Shown here piece after piece: positions 1 through 9,291 of a stretch of 64,000 nucleotides of DNA. Below the pieces are notes generated by a model. That model was not told the DNA's origin and made no database searches. It saw nothing but the letters and a program-made list of their open reading frames with translations. The translations under genes and the position numbers were made by a program. Source of the DNA: Spirochaetia bacterium (GTDB lineage Bacteria > Spirochaetota > Spirochaetia > SZUA-6 > Bin103); the NCBI GenBank assembly GCA_965198005.1, contig CBDAOI010000003.1, positions 224,001-288,000 of the forward strand, written 5' to 3'. How positions within the stretch are numbered: position 1 is the first letter of the stretch; each line of letters opens with the position of its first letter.

Positions 1-422
1 GTGTGTGACGTGAGAGTTAGAGTTAGAGCTTACTGCCCCGTGTGTGTGTGGGGGGGGGGTAGATGAACGGAATGGGCCGATGCGGCACCCCGGGCGGCGG
101 TGCTCGGGCGCCAGTAGCGGGGGCCGGTGGCAGGGCTGCATTGCGTAGTCAGGCATCATCCGTATCCGTTCGAGTCCCCAACCCCGACATCATCGCACAC
201 CCGCGCCAAAGCGATCAAGCGCTCAATTGCACTTTTTTGCACTTTCTTCACTTTTTGTCCAGCGGCCCTGGCGCCGCTGGCGGCTGCACCACCAAGCCCG
301 CCCGGTCACGCCAGAGTCCGCCCACGGCACTGCCGGCAACTGCCTCGGTCTCGATCGCTTCGCTTTCGAAGGGCCGGCCCGCCGGCCTTGCGGGCCCGCG
401 CGAGACGGCCTACGCTGCCGCC
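1..422. repeat. Conserved non-coding region upstream of the Uma2-like nuclease (copy 1), with a GT repeat and G10 tract
   Basis: 1-60 matches 7140-7197, ~55-312 matches 7827-8062, ~252-422 matches 1617-1781, and ~358-422 matches 9227-9291. Confidence 0.85.
388..416 (+). promoter_or_regulatory. Sigma70-type promoter for a probable leaderless mRNA
   Basis: TTGCGG-17 nt-TACGCT lies 6 nt before ATG 423 with no SD. It is conserved in all three copies (TTGCAG in copy 3). Confidence 0.6.
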
Positions 423-1418
423 ATGGCCAGCACCAAGGCACCGCCCACCAAGCGCTACGAAGTATACGAAGTAACGCAACCCCGGCGCGCCCAGCCGCCG
501 GCATTCCCGGGCTGCAAGCCCGTCCGCCTGCCGCGCACCGAGATCGACCGCTTCGAGGGGCGCCTTGAGTATTGGGATGCGGCTACCGAGACCGCCTGGA
601 TCTGCGAGCCGACCACTCCCTATCACGAGCGCCCGTCGCGGCTGTTCACGAGATTGGCTGAGCTGATCGCCAGGGTGCGCGGTTCGCCGATCGAATGCTA
701 CGGCTCGATGGACCTGCTGCTGCGCGACGCCGGCGGCGAGCCGCGGCGCATCATGCAGGCGGACGAGTCGGTGTACCTGCATCCGGCGCGGGCCAAGCCG
801 GGACCTGCGGCCATGGTGGTGGGCGAGGATGACTTTCCCGACGTGGTGCTGGAAGTGGATCACACTACGGACGCGCGGCGGAGCAAGCTCGCGCTGTACG
901 AGGACTGGGGCTTTCCGGAAGTGTGGGTAGACGTGCCGGACACGCTGTCGCCGAGGCGGGCACGCGGGCGCCGCCCGGGACTGACGATTCATCTGCTGGA
1001 GCATGGTCGGTTCCGGGTTGCGGCCGAGAGCCGGGCGTTTCCCGGCTGGCGGGCGGACGAGATTCACCTGGCGCTGAACGAGCCGGCGCCATCCGCGCGC
1101 ACCAGCGCGGTGGTGGAGCGGGTCGGGGCGGCGCTGGGTGCGCGCGCAGGCACCGGCCCGGACGACGACCCGCTGCTCCGTTCGCAGCGGCGCCAGGGGT
1201 TCGAGCAGGGCCGCGCGGCAGGTCGGGCGGAAGGCCGTGCGCAGATGGTTCGTCAGATATTGCTGTCACGCGGCATTGAAGTGTCGGCGCGGTTGTCCAC
1301 CGCTACGGAGGCGGTCGCCGCGGCGGCCGAGGAGGCGCTGCTGGCGGCGGCGCTTGGCTGCGCGGATGAGGCGGAGTTCCTTGCCGCGCTCCGGCGATTG
1401 CGCGACCCGGGCGGCTGA
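423..1418 (+). CDS. Uma2/DUF820-like PD-(D/E)XK nuclease with Rpn-like C-terminal tail (copy 1)
   Basis: Motifs RLEYWD, QADESVYL, PDVVLEVDHT, KLALYEDWGFPEVW, then EQGRAAGRAEG repeats. Start set by homology to copy 3. Confidence 0.75.
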   Translation: MASTKAPPTKRYEVYEVTQPRRAQPPAFPGCKPVRLPRTEIDRFEGRLEYWDAATETAWICEPTTPYHERPSRLFTRLAELIARVRGSPIECYGSMDLLLRDAGGEPRRIMQADESVYLHPARAKPGPAAMVVGEDDFPDVVLEVDHTTDARRSKLALYEDWGFPEVWVDVPDTLSPRRARGRRPGLTIHLLEHGRFRVAAESRAFPGWRADEIHLALNEPAPSARTSAVVERVGAALGARAGTGPDDDPLLRSQRRQGFEQGRAAGRAEGRAQMVRQILLSRGIEVSARLSTATEAVAAAAEEALLAAALGCADEAEFLAALRRLRDPGG

Positions 1419-1459
1419 CCTCGCCCGCACAGCCGGACGAGCCCGAAGAGACGGCGCAC

Positions 1460-1600
1460 ATGGTTGCGGCTGCCGGCGGGCAGGCCATGGCACTGCACAC
1501 CGACGTCGCCGACCCGGCCGCGGTCGAGGCGATGGCGCAGGCAGTGGTCGACCGCTACGGCCGCCTCGATTGTGCCTTTAACGCCGCCGGTGTGGGTGGC
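1460..1600 (+). pseudogene. Internal fragment of an SDR-family oxidoreductase
   Basis: AAGGQAMALHTDVADPAAVEAMAQAVVDRYGRLDCAFNAAG, with no N- or C-terminus. Confidence 0.7.
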
Positions 1601-1781
1601 GGCCCGTGCCGACGACTTTTTTTCGGCGGCCCTGGCGCCTCTGGCGGCTGCAGTAGCGGGCTCGCCGGTCACACCAAGGTCCACGGCACTGCCGGCAACT
1701 GCCTCGGTCTCGATCTCTTCGCTTTCGAAGGGCCGGCCCGCCGGCCTTGCGGGCCCGCGCGAGACGGCCTACGCTGCCGCC

Positions 1782-2765
1782 ATGGCCAGCACCAAGGCAC
1801 CGCCAACCAGGCGCTACGAAGTATACGAAGTAGGGCAACCCCGGCACGCCCAGCCGCCGGCATTCCCGGGCTGCAAGCCCGTCCGCCTGCCGCGCACCGA
1901 GATCGACCGCTTCGAGGGGCGCCTCGAGTATTGGGATGCGGCCACCGAGACCGCCTGGATCTGCGAGCCCACCACTCCCTATCACGAGCGCCCGTCGCGG
2001 CTGTTCACGAGATTGGCTGAGCTGATCGCCAGGGTGCGCGGTTCGCCGATCGAATGCTACGGCTCGATGGACCTGCTGCTGCGCGACGCCGGCGGCGAGC
2101 CGCGGCGCATCATGCAGGCGGACGAGTCGGTGTACCTGCATCCGGCGCGGGCCAAGCCGGGACCGGCGGCCATGGTGGTGGGCGAGGACGACTTTCCCGA
2201 CGTGGTGCTGGAGGTGGATCACACCACCGACGCGCGGCGGAGCAAGCTGGCGCTGTACGAGGACTGGGGCTTTCCGGAAGTGTGGGTGGAGGTGCCGGAC
2301 ACGCTGTCGCCGAGGCGGGCACGCGGGCGCCGCCCGGGACTGACGATTCATCTGCTGGAGCATGGTCGGTTTCGGGTGGCGGCCGAGAGCCGGGCGTTTC
2401 TCGGCTGGCGGGCGGACGAGATTCACGTGGCGCTGAACGAGCCGGCGCCGTCCGCGCGCACCAGCGCGGTGGTGGAGCGGGTCGGGGCGGCGCTGGGCGC
2501 GCGCGAAGGCACCGGCCCGGACGACGACCCGCTGCTCCGTTCGCAACGGCGCCAGGGATTCGAGCAGGGTCGTGCGGCAGGTCGGGCGCAGATGGTCCGC
2601 CAGATCCTGCGGTCACGCGGCATTGAAGTGTCGGCGAGGTTCTCCACCGCCACGGAGGCGTTCGCCGCGGCGTCCGAGGAGGCGCTGCTGGCGGCGGCGC
2701 TTGGCTGCGCGGATGAGGCGGGTTTCCTTGCCGCACTCCGGCGATTCCGCGACCCGGGCGGCTGA
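1782..2765 (+). CDS. Uma2-like PD-(D/E)XK nuclease (copy 2)
   Basis: Near-identical to 423..1418, with one fewer 4-aa linker repeat. Confidence 0.75.
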   Translation: MASTKAPPTRRYEVYEVGQPRHAQPPAFPGCKPVRLPRTEIDRFEGRLEYWDAATETAWICEPTTPYHERPSRLFTRLAELIARVRGSPIECYGSMDLLLRDAGGEPRRIMQADESVYLHPARAKPGPAAMVVGEDDFPDVVLEVDHTTDARRSKLALYEDWGFPEVWVEVPDTLSPRRARGRRPGLTIHLLEHGRFRVAAESRAFLGWRADEIHVALNEPAPSARTSAVVERVGAALGAREGTGPDDDPLLRSQRRQGFEQGRAAGRAQMVRQILRSRGIEVSARFSTATEAFAAASEEALLAAALGCADEAGFLAALRRFRDPGG

Positions 2766-2836
2766 CCTCGCCCGCGCAGCCGGCGTGCCCGACGAGGCGG
2801 CATGCAGGTGGCGGACAGGCATGGCCGCCGGCCGTA

Positions 2837-3802
2837 TCAGGCTGACCGGGCGGCCTCTTGCAGGGCGCGGCGGGCGCCTTCGATGGCGCGGGCGCTCATG
2901 CCGCCGCTGCCGAGGCCGGCGCCGCCGCCGCCGCCCCGCAGCCGGGGGTCGAGCAGGTCGCGCACCGCGTCACCGAACATGTTCAGGCAGTACACCACCA
3001 CCGTGAGCGCCACCCCCGGCCACATCGCCAGGCGCGGCGCCATCTCCATGAACTGGCGCCCCTCGCGGCTCAGCATGCCGCCCCAGCTCGGCACCGTGGT
3101 CGGCAGGCCGAACCCCAGGAAGCTCAAGGACGCTTCGGCGATGATGATGCCGCCGATCGTGATCGAGAACACGACGATCACCGGCGCGGTGATGTTCGGC
3201 CACACGTGGCTCTTCAGGATGTGCCAGGGAGCGCTGCCGATGGCGCGCGCGGCCTCGAAGTAGGGATTCTCCTTGATGCCGATCACGGCGCTGCGGATCA
3301 CGCGCGAGTTGCCGATGCCGGAAGTGACGCCGAGCACGACGATGATCTGCAGGATGCCCTGGCCGACGATGGTGATGATCGTCAGCAGCAGCAACAGGCC
3401 GGGGAAGGACATCCAGGCGTCGACGAAGCGCTGCACCAGAATGTCCAGCTTGCCGCCGACGAAGCCGGCCACGCCGCCGACCAGCAGCGCCACCACGGTG
3501 CTCAGCAGGGTGGCGGCAAAGCCCACCCCGAGCGAGGTGCGGGCGCCGTACACCAGCCGGCTCAACACGTCGCGGCCGAGCTGGTCGGTGCCCAGCAGGT
3601 AGGTGGCCGACGGGTCGCCCAACCGGTCGACCAGGTGCATCTCGGCGAAGGGGAAGGGTGCCAGGACGTCGGCCAGGATGGCGATCAGCGCCAGCACCAG
3701 GACCACCACCGCGCTCGCCGCCCCGAGCGGGCGCTCCTTGAACAGTCGCCGCAGCAGGTCGAGCAGGAACGGCTGCGGTTTGGGATTATCGTTCATCGAC
3801 AC
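2837..3802 (-). CDS. Peptide/nickel ABC transporter permease (DppC/OppC-like)
   Basis: LGTDQLGRDVLSRL, EAARAIG EAA loop, EASLSFLGFG, GDAVRDLLDPR. Confidence 0.93.
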   Translation of the reverse strand: MSMNDNPKPQPFLLDLLRRLFKERPLGAASAVVVLVLALIAILADVLAPFPFAEMHLVDRLGDPSATYLLGTDQLGRDVLSRLVYGARTSLGVGFAATLLSTVVALLVGGVAGFVGGKLDILVQRFVDAWMSFPGLLLLLTIITIVGQGILQIIVVLGVTSGIGNSRVIRSAVIGIKENPYFEAARAIGSAPWHILKSHVWPNITAPVIVVFSITIGGIIIAEASLSFLGFGLPTTVPSWGGMLSREGRQFMEMAPRLAMWPGVALTVVVYCLNMFGDAVRDLLDPRLRGGGGGAGLGSGGMSARAIEGARRALQEAARSA

Positions 3803-3803
3803 C

Positions 3804-4769
3804 TCACCGGTACTGCACCCGCGGGTCGAGGTAGCCGTAGAGAATGTCGATCATCAGGTTGATCGTCATAACCGCGGTCGCGAAGAACAGGTTGATGCCC
3901 GACACCACCGGGTAGTCGCGCACCTTGAGCGCCTCGAGCATCAGTCGCCCCAGCCCCGGCAGCGCGAACATGTTCTCCATGATCACCGAGCCGCCGACCA
4001 GGATCGGGAGTTGCAGGCCGATCAGGGTCACCACCGGGATCAGCGCGTTCTTGATCACGTGCCGGAGGATGATCACCCGTTCCTTCAGTCCCTTCGCCCA
4101 GGCGGTGCGGATGAAGTCCTGGCGCAGCACCTCCAGCATCATGGTGCGCGTCATGCGCATCACGGTGGCCGACAGGTAGGTGCCCAGAATGAGGCTGGGA
4201 ATGAACAGGTGGCCGAGGTTGCGCAGCGGGTCATCGGCGAACGCCACCATGCGCAGCGGCGGCGCCCATGCCCACCAGATGGCGGGGAAGGTCAGCACCA
4301 GGGTGGCGAGCCAGAAGTTGGGCGTCGCCAGGCCGATGATGGCGATGGAGCGGCCGGCGTAGTCGCCCGCCGTGTCTTGCCGCACCGCCGAGTAGATGCC
4401 CACCGGCACGGCGATGACCAACCCGATGAGGATGGACAGGACGCCCAGCTCGATTGTGATCGGCAGCCGGCCGATGATCTTTTCCTCGACGGTATATCCG
4501 CCGAACAGCGACTCGCCCAGGGTGCCGCGCAGGAAGATGCCGCCCAGCCAGCGCACGTACTGCACGTGCGCCGGCACATCCAGCCCGAGCATGCGCTCGA
4601 CCTTCTCGCGGTCCACGTGCACCATCCCGCCCACTTCCTCCGCCAGCCGGGCCATCATGCTGTCGACGACGTCGCCGGGAAGAAAGCGCACCGACAGGAA
4701 CACCAGAACCGTCAACAGGAGGAACGTCGGGATCAGCAGCAGGACGCGGCGGATGATGTAGGTTCGCAT
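3804..4769 (-). CDS. Peptide/nickel ABC transporter permease (DppB/OppB-like)
   Basis: MRTYIIRR start, QDFIRTAWAKGL, RHVIKNALIP, LDPRVQY end. Confidence 0.93.
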   Translation of the reverse strand: MRTYIIRRVLLLIPTFLLLTVLVFLSVRFLPGDVVDSMMARLAEEVGGMVHVDREKVERMLGLDVPAHVQYVRWLGGIFLRGTLGESLFGGYTVEEKIIGRLPITIELGVLSILIGLVIAVPVGIYSAVRQDTAGDYAGRSIAIIGLATPNFWLATLVLTFPAIWWAWAPPLRMVAFADDPLRNLGHLFIPSLILGTYLSATVMRMTRTMMLEVLRQDFIRTAWAKGLKERVIILRHVIKNALIPVVTLIGLQLPILVGGSVIMENMFALPGLGRLMLEALKVRDYPVVSGINLFFATAVMTINLMIDILYGYLDPRVQYR

Positions 4770-4833
4770 TGCAGGGCGCCTGGGAAGTGGGACGGCAGCA
4801 CACGCCACCGGCCCACTCCGTCATGTGGCAGCG

Positions 4834-4859
4834 GAGCCCGCCGTTAGGCGGGCCCCTTT
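4834..4859. terminator. Intergenic GC hairpin between the SBP and permease genes
   Basis: gcccgcc-gtta-ggcgggc inverted repeat. Confidence 0.45.
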
Positions 4860-4936
4860 CAATCGCCCGTAGGGCGAGTTGATTCGTGCAGGCGCGCTGA
4901 GCGCGCCTGCAATGGAAACCGCCCCTGGCGGTTTCC

Positions 4937-6757
4937 TCAGAATCCGAGCTCCCGCTTCAGATCCTGGTCGATCCAGAGGCGCGTCAGGAGCGTTGTGAAA
5001 CCCGGCACGCCGATCGACAGCTCCCCGTTGTAGCCCTTGACCCACGGCTGGGCGACGTTGAACTGGGGGACGGGACCGGGACCGTCGATATGCCAGTGCT
5101 GGCTTACCGCGTACAGATTCGCCTCCTTGGTGAGCCGAATAATATCCTCCAGGGTGGTAGCTGCCGTGGCGGCGTCGATCATCGCGTCCATTTGCGGGTC
5201 GTTGACGCCCAATCCGTCGTTGTTCAGGCCGTAGGGGGAATTTGAGCGGTAAAAGGACTCAAGAATTTTGATATCCGCGGTCGGGTTAGCGTTTTCGCCG
5301 TGTGCAATTCCGTCTGAGGTATGCTCGCGCGTGATGGCCAGGAGCTCCGCGGCGCCATGAATGCTCATCTCGACGTCGACGCCAATCTCAGCCCAGTATC
5401 CAATGACGAGCTCCGCGTAGTTCGCATCGTAGCGTTCGAAGTATTTCAATTCGGTCTTGAAGCCATCAGGATAGCCCGCCTCGGCCAGCAGCTGCTTGGC
5501 CCGCTCCGGATCGTAGCGGTAGTACTGCTTGACCTCCTCCGGCCATTGGTCGAAGGGCGTCCCAAAGAGGCCGTCGTTGTGCACCAGTCCGTGCGGCGTC
5601 GCGTCCGCATACCCCTTGAAGTAGGTGTTGGCGATCGTCTCCCGATCAATCGCCATCTGCAGGGCCTGCCGTACCCGGAGATCGTTGAACGGCGGCCGGC
5701 TCACGGTGATGAACCGAAATGCCTGGTCGGATCGAGAGGGGCGGTCCCAGATGTTGATGTGGGGATCGGTCCTTCGCAGGCTCTCGACCTGGTCGATCTG
5801 CCTCAGCTGAGCGTCGCCGCTATTCGTCAACATATCGATTTGACCCGAGCGCAGGGCCGCGAGCCGCGCCGCCGGATCCGGTAGGATCAGGCCGACGATC
5901 TCGTCGACGTAGGGCAAGCGGTTCTCCGGGTATTTTTCGTCGAAGCCCCAATAGTTGGGATACTTAGTGTAGGTTAAACTGCTGCCATCGACGAAGTCCG
6001 TCAGCTCCATGGGCCCGGTGCCAACCAGATTCCTCCAATCCTGCATGTCGCCGTGCTGCTGGATCACCTCCGGAGGGTAGATCCAGGTGATCCACATATT
6101 GAGTAGCGCGGATCCAAAGCCGTAGGCAGGATGTGGCTTTAGAGGCCAAACGAGGTCTGGCTCTGCCAGCTTGAAGACCACCGTCGATGCGTCGGTGGCC
6201 GTAACCGATTCGATCTTGGGAAGCTGATTTGCAGCGTGCCGCGAGGCTTCGCTGAAGCCGCTACCGATCCCGTAGAGGCGATGATAGTTGAATTCGACAT
6301 CGCTGGCGGTGAGCTCGCGACCGTTCATCGGTGCTTTGTCGTGCCAACGAACGCCCGGGCGGATGTGGACGATCAGCGTGGCGGCATCCGACCATTCCCA
6401 GCTCTCCGCCAACTGTCCTCGCATGATAGACGTAGGAAAGGAAAAGAGGCGAAGGTCGTTCTCACTCCTGTCGACCGCCCAGTCCACGATGGCGAGCTGC
6501 TCGGTGACCATGCCGACGAACATTCTTGACCAGCCGCTGTTCGCCCAGGCATCAGGGTGCTCGCCCATGGCGACCACGCCGAAGGTGAGGGTCCCGCCAT
6601 ACTCGGGCGCGGTGACCATCTCGCCGGTGGATGGGTCGAGCACCATCTCCTTCTCGGCAGCGGCGGCCGGCTGGTCGCTCTCGCCGCTGGCAAACGTAAC
6701 GGTAGCCACCAGCGCGAGCGCCAGTGTCAACAAACCGATTCTGAAAACGTAGTTCAT
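4937..6757 (-). CDS. ABC transporter substrate-binding protein, family 5
   Basis: Signal peptide, PEYGGTL, LAESWE, VGTGP, DLRVRQALQMAIDR, AKQLLAEAGYPDG. GGAGG SD upstream. Confidence 0.92.
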   Translation of the reverse strand: MNYVFRIGLLTLALALVATVTFASGESDQPAAAAEKEMVLDPSTGEMVTAPEYGGTLTFGVVAMGEHPDAWANSGWSRMFVGMVTEQLAIVDWAVDRSENDLRLFSFPTSIMRGQLAESWEWSDAATLIVHIRPGVRWHDKAPMNGRELTASDVEFNYHRLYGIGSGFSEASRHAANQLPKIESVTATDASTVVFKLAEPDLVWPLKPHPAYGFGSALLNMWITWIYPPEVIQQHGDMQDWRNLVGTGPMELTDFVDGSSLTYTKYPNYWGFDEKYPENRLPYVDEIVGLILPDPAARLAALRSGQIDMLTNSGDAQLRQIDQVESLRRTDPHINIWDRPSRSDQAFRFITVSRPPFNDLRVRQALQMAIDRETIANTYFKGYADATPHGLVHNDGLFGTPFDQWPEEVKQYYRYDPERAKQLLAEAGYPDGFKTELKYFERYDANYAELVIGYWAEIGVDVEMSIHGAAELLAITREHTSDGIAHGENANPTADIKILESFYRSNSPYGLNNDGLGVNDPQMDAMIDAATAATTLEDIIRLTKEANLYAVSQHWHIDGPGPVPQFNVAQPWVKGYNGELSIGVPGFTTLLTRLWIDQDLKRELGF

Positions 6758-7139
6758 GAGAAGAACCTCCGATTCTCGATTCTTGTTCGAGAGCATGTGC
6801 TGATCCTGGTGCCGGCCCCTCGTCTGCTCTCGTTGCCTGTCTGCCGCTCTGTGTTGTGTGCGGCGCAGGCGGTTCCGACGAGGGCGACAACCTCGAACTG
6901 ACCCCGGGAGCGATCAGGCACAAGTGCCGTTGGATCGCGTCCCGCGGTGGATTACAGCTTCACGGGCACCTCCCGTATGCGTACCGGTCAGACGCAGGTC
7001 GACGCCGGTCGGAGGCGTGAACGGGTCTCGCCGGTGGTTTGTTCTGCTGTCCGGCAACGCCGGGGGTGATTGCTGACAGAGGACCAAGCAGGGCGGTGGC
7101 CGACGCGCGCGGTCGTCGGTTTACGGCGCCGGGCGCTCG

Positions 7140-8062
7140 GTGTGTGACGTGAGAGTTAGAGCTTACTGCCCCTTGTGTGTGTGTTGGGGGGGGGGGTGCA
7201 GCATAAGCGCTAACTTGTTGTGGGGGCCTACAGGGGCCATGCATGACTTTACTGTGCGACCGTACCACGGACGTGCGACTCGGATCAACCAGCCGCGTCG
7301 AAAAAATCGAAGAAATCTGGCAGCTCATGGCCCTACGGTGCGACCGTATCACGGACCCGCGACTCGCGTCAACCAGCCAGATCGAAGTAAGCTGACAACT
7401 GAGACAGCCGGCGCCGTGGCGGCTCAGCCAGCGCCCGCGAGATAGCGCCCCAAAACCGCCGCCGGGGCGCCGCTTTTGGCCCATCCCGTCCGACCGCTAG
7501 GAGTCTGTCGCAATCCGACAGACTCCTAGCGTGCCACTGGTGAACCATGCGCGCCAGTGGCAGAGCCGGTTCGATGGTGCGGGTGACCTGGCCCAGCACG
7601 AACCTGAAGTCACGCCACGCACTGGGTGGCCGCTGACGGCGCCAAGTCGTATCCCCAGGGGGAAATAGCGCTGGCATGGCGGATCAGCTTCTCGACCAGG
7701 AGCGCAACCAGCAGCTTGCCGTACAGCCACGCTTTGGCGCTGTCGTCGTCGTATTTCGGCAGGTGGCCCAACTGCGCCAACGATTTGAACCGTTTGAACA
7801 CCAACTCCACCTGCCAGGGAGGTACAGGGGGTAGACGAACGGGAGAGGCCAAAGCGGTACGCCAGGCGGCGGTGCTCGGGCGCCAGTAGGGTGGGCCGGT
7901 GGCAGGGCTGCTTTGCGTAGTCAGGCATTATCCGTATCCGTTCGAGTCCCAACCCCGATAGCATCGCACATCCCCGCCAAAGCGGTCAAGCGCTCAATTG
8001 CACTTTTTTTCCGGCGGCCCTGACGCCTCCGGCAGGCAGCACAAAGCTCGCCGGTCACGCCA
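7140..8062. repeat. Copy of the window-start upstream region, split by an IS4-family remnant
   Basis: 7140-7197 matches 1-60 (G11 tract). Homology resumes at 7827 and runs to ~8062. Confidence 0.8.
7202..7826 (-). mobile_element. IS4-family remnant (transposase C-terminus plus one end)
   Basis: WQVELVFKRFKSLAQLGHLP...AKAWLYGKLLVALL at 7610-7817, putative end CATAAGCGCTAACTT at 7202, and two imperfect ~84-bp direct repeats at ~7243-7400. Confidence 0.7.
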
Positions 8063-8176
8063 TTCCGTGCGGAAATCCTCGTCCACGTCCCGCATGGAGA
8101 GAGTGTAGTTCCAGAAGTCGACGAATACCCAAGGATGAGCGGCCCATATGGCAAGCCCGCCTACCCCGCCGCCTTG

Positions 8177-8275
8177 TGCAGGGCGCGGCGGGCGCCTTCG
8201 ATGGCGCGGGCGCTCATGCCGCCGCTGCCGAGGCCGGCGCCGCCGCCCCCCCAGGCGGGGATCGAGCAGGTCGCG
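8177..8275 (-). pseudogene. Duplicated 3' fragment of the DppC-like permease
   Basis: Near-identical to 2859-2961. Confidence 0.85.
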
Positions 8276-8294
8276 AGTGTGATAGACTTCCGGT

Positions 8295-8519
8295 GTGCCG
8301 TCATTCGCGCGCGATACACGCCCCGCAGCCGAGCGGTTTCAGACTGATGTGTATCGCAGGATGGAACCGGCGCAGAGATACTCCGTTGGCACGGAGCTCA
8401 GCGACAGCGTCAGAGACATAGCTCTGGCGGGCCTCCGCGAGCGCTTGCGCGGCTGTACGGAGCGCGCACTGCTACGGCGCTACGTGCTTGAGCACTGGGG
8501 CGTGAGCGTCGAGGAATGA
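8295..8519 (+). CDS. Small protein, probable partner of the downstream nucleotidyltransferase
   Basis: 74 aa (DTRPAAERFQ...RRMEPAQR...ELS) with an ATGA overlap into the next gene. Confidence 0.6.
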   Translation: MPSFARDTRPAAERFQTDVYRRMEPAQRYSVGTELSDSVRDIALAGLRERLRGCTERALLRRYVLEHWGVSVEE

Positions 8520-9085
8520 AGAGCCAGGGCGAGTTGCTCGGCGAAATCGCATCGCTCCTGGACGCAGCCCAGGTCCGATACATGGTTACCGGGTCGATCG
8601 CCAGCACGTACCACGGCAGACCGCGCGCTACGCAGGATGTCGACGTGGTCGTGGAGACCAACCGTGATCACCTCCTGGCTTTCGTGCGGGCTTGTGTTGC
8701 GCGTGGATTCTACGTGGACGCTGACGACGCCAAGGACGCCCTGGAGCACCGCTCGATCTTCAACGTAATCGACGTTTCCAGCGGCTACAAGGTCGACATC
8801 ATTGTCCGCAAGGATCGGCCGTTCAGCGTCGAGGAGTTCTCGCGGCGGCGCCGGGTGGAGCTGCCAACGTTTGTCGTCTCCATGGTCACCGCGGAAGACG
8901 CCATCCTCAGCAAGCTTGAATGGAACCAGGCCGGCGGCTCGGATCGCCAGTACCAAGATGCGGTGGGGATCGCCTTATCCCAAGGCGATCTGCTCGACCT
9001 CGCCTATCTCCGGCGGTGGGCGGTCGAGCTCGGAGTGGAGAACGAACTCCGGCGGCTCCTCTCCGAACGAGAACGGGACCGGTAG
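8516..9085 (+). CDS. Pol-beta-fold nucleotidyltransferase (DUF6036-like), putative TA component
   Basis: GSIA...HGRPRATQDVDVVV motif, then EDAILSKLEW and SDRQYQD. Confidence 0.75.
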   Translation: MKSQGELLGEIASLLDAAQVRYMVTGSIASTYHGRPRATQDVDVVVETNRDHLLAFVRACVARGFYVDADDAKDALEHRSIFNVIDVSSGYKVDIIVRKDRPFSVEEFSRRRRVELPTFVVSMVTAEDAILSKLEWNQAGGSDRQYQDAVGIALSQGDLLDLAYLRRWAVELGVENELRRLLSERERDR

Positions 9086-9291
9086 CGGTATCGATCGGAG
9101 CGGAAACGGGCTGAGCCAGGTCACGGATATGTGCCGTGCGGCATACCCGTCGGGTGGGCAGGCGAGTCCGCCTCGGATCTCCCCAGCCCGGATGGGTCTC
9201 GTTCGGGTAGCGGTCCTCGTCACCGGCTTCGCTTTCGAAGGGCCGGCCCGCCGGCCTTGCAGGCCCGCGCGGGACGGCCTACGCTGCCGCC

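Noticed and set aside
63-422. N-terminal extensions of the nuclease ORFs (63.. and 1464..)
   Set aside because: Copy 3 begins at MASTK, a promoter sits directly before that ATG, and the upstream homology contains indels.
7192-7827. Target-site duplication around the IS4 remnant (gggggtgcag / ggaggtacag)
   Set aside because: Only 8/10 identical, and the right-hand word is better explained as eroded transposase codons preceding WQVEL.
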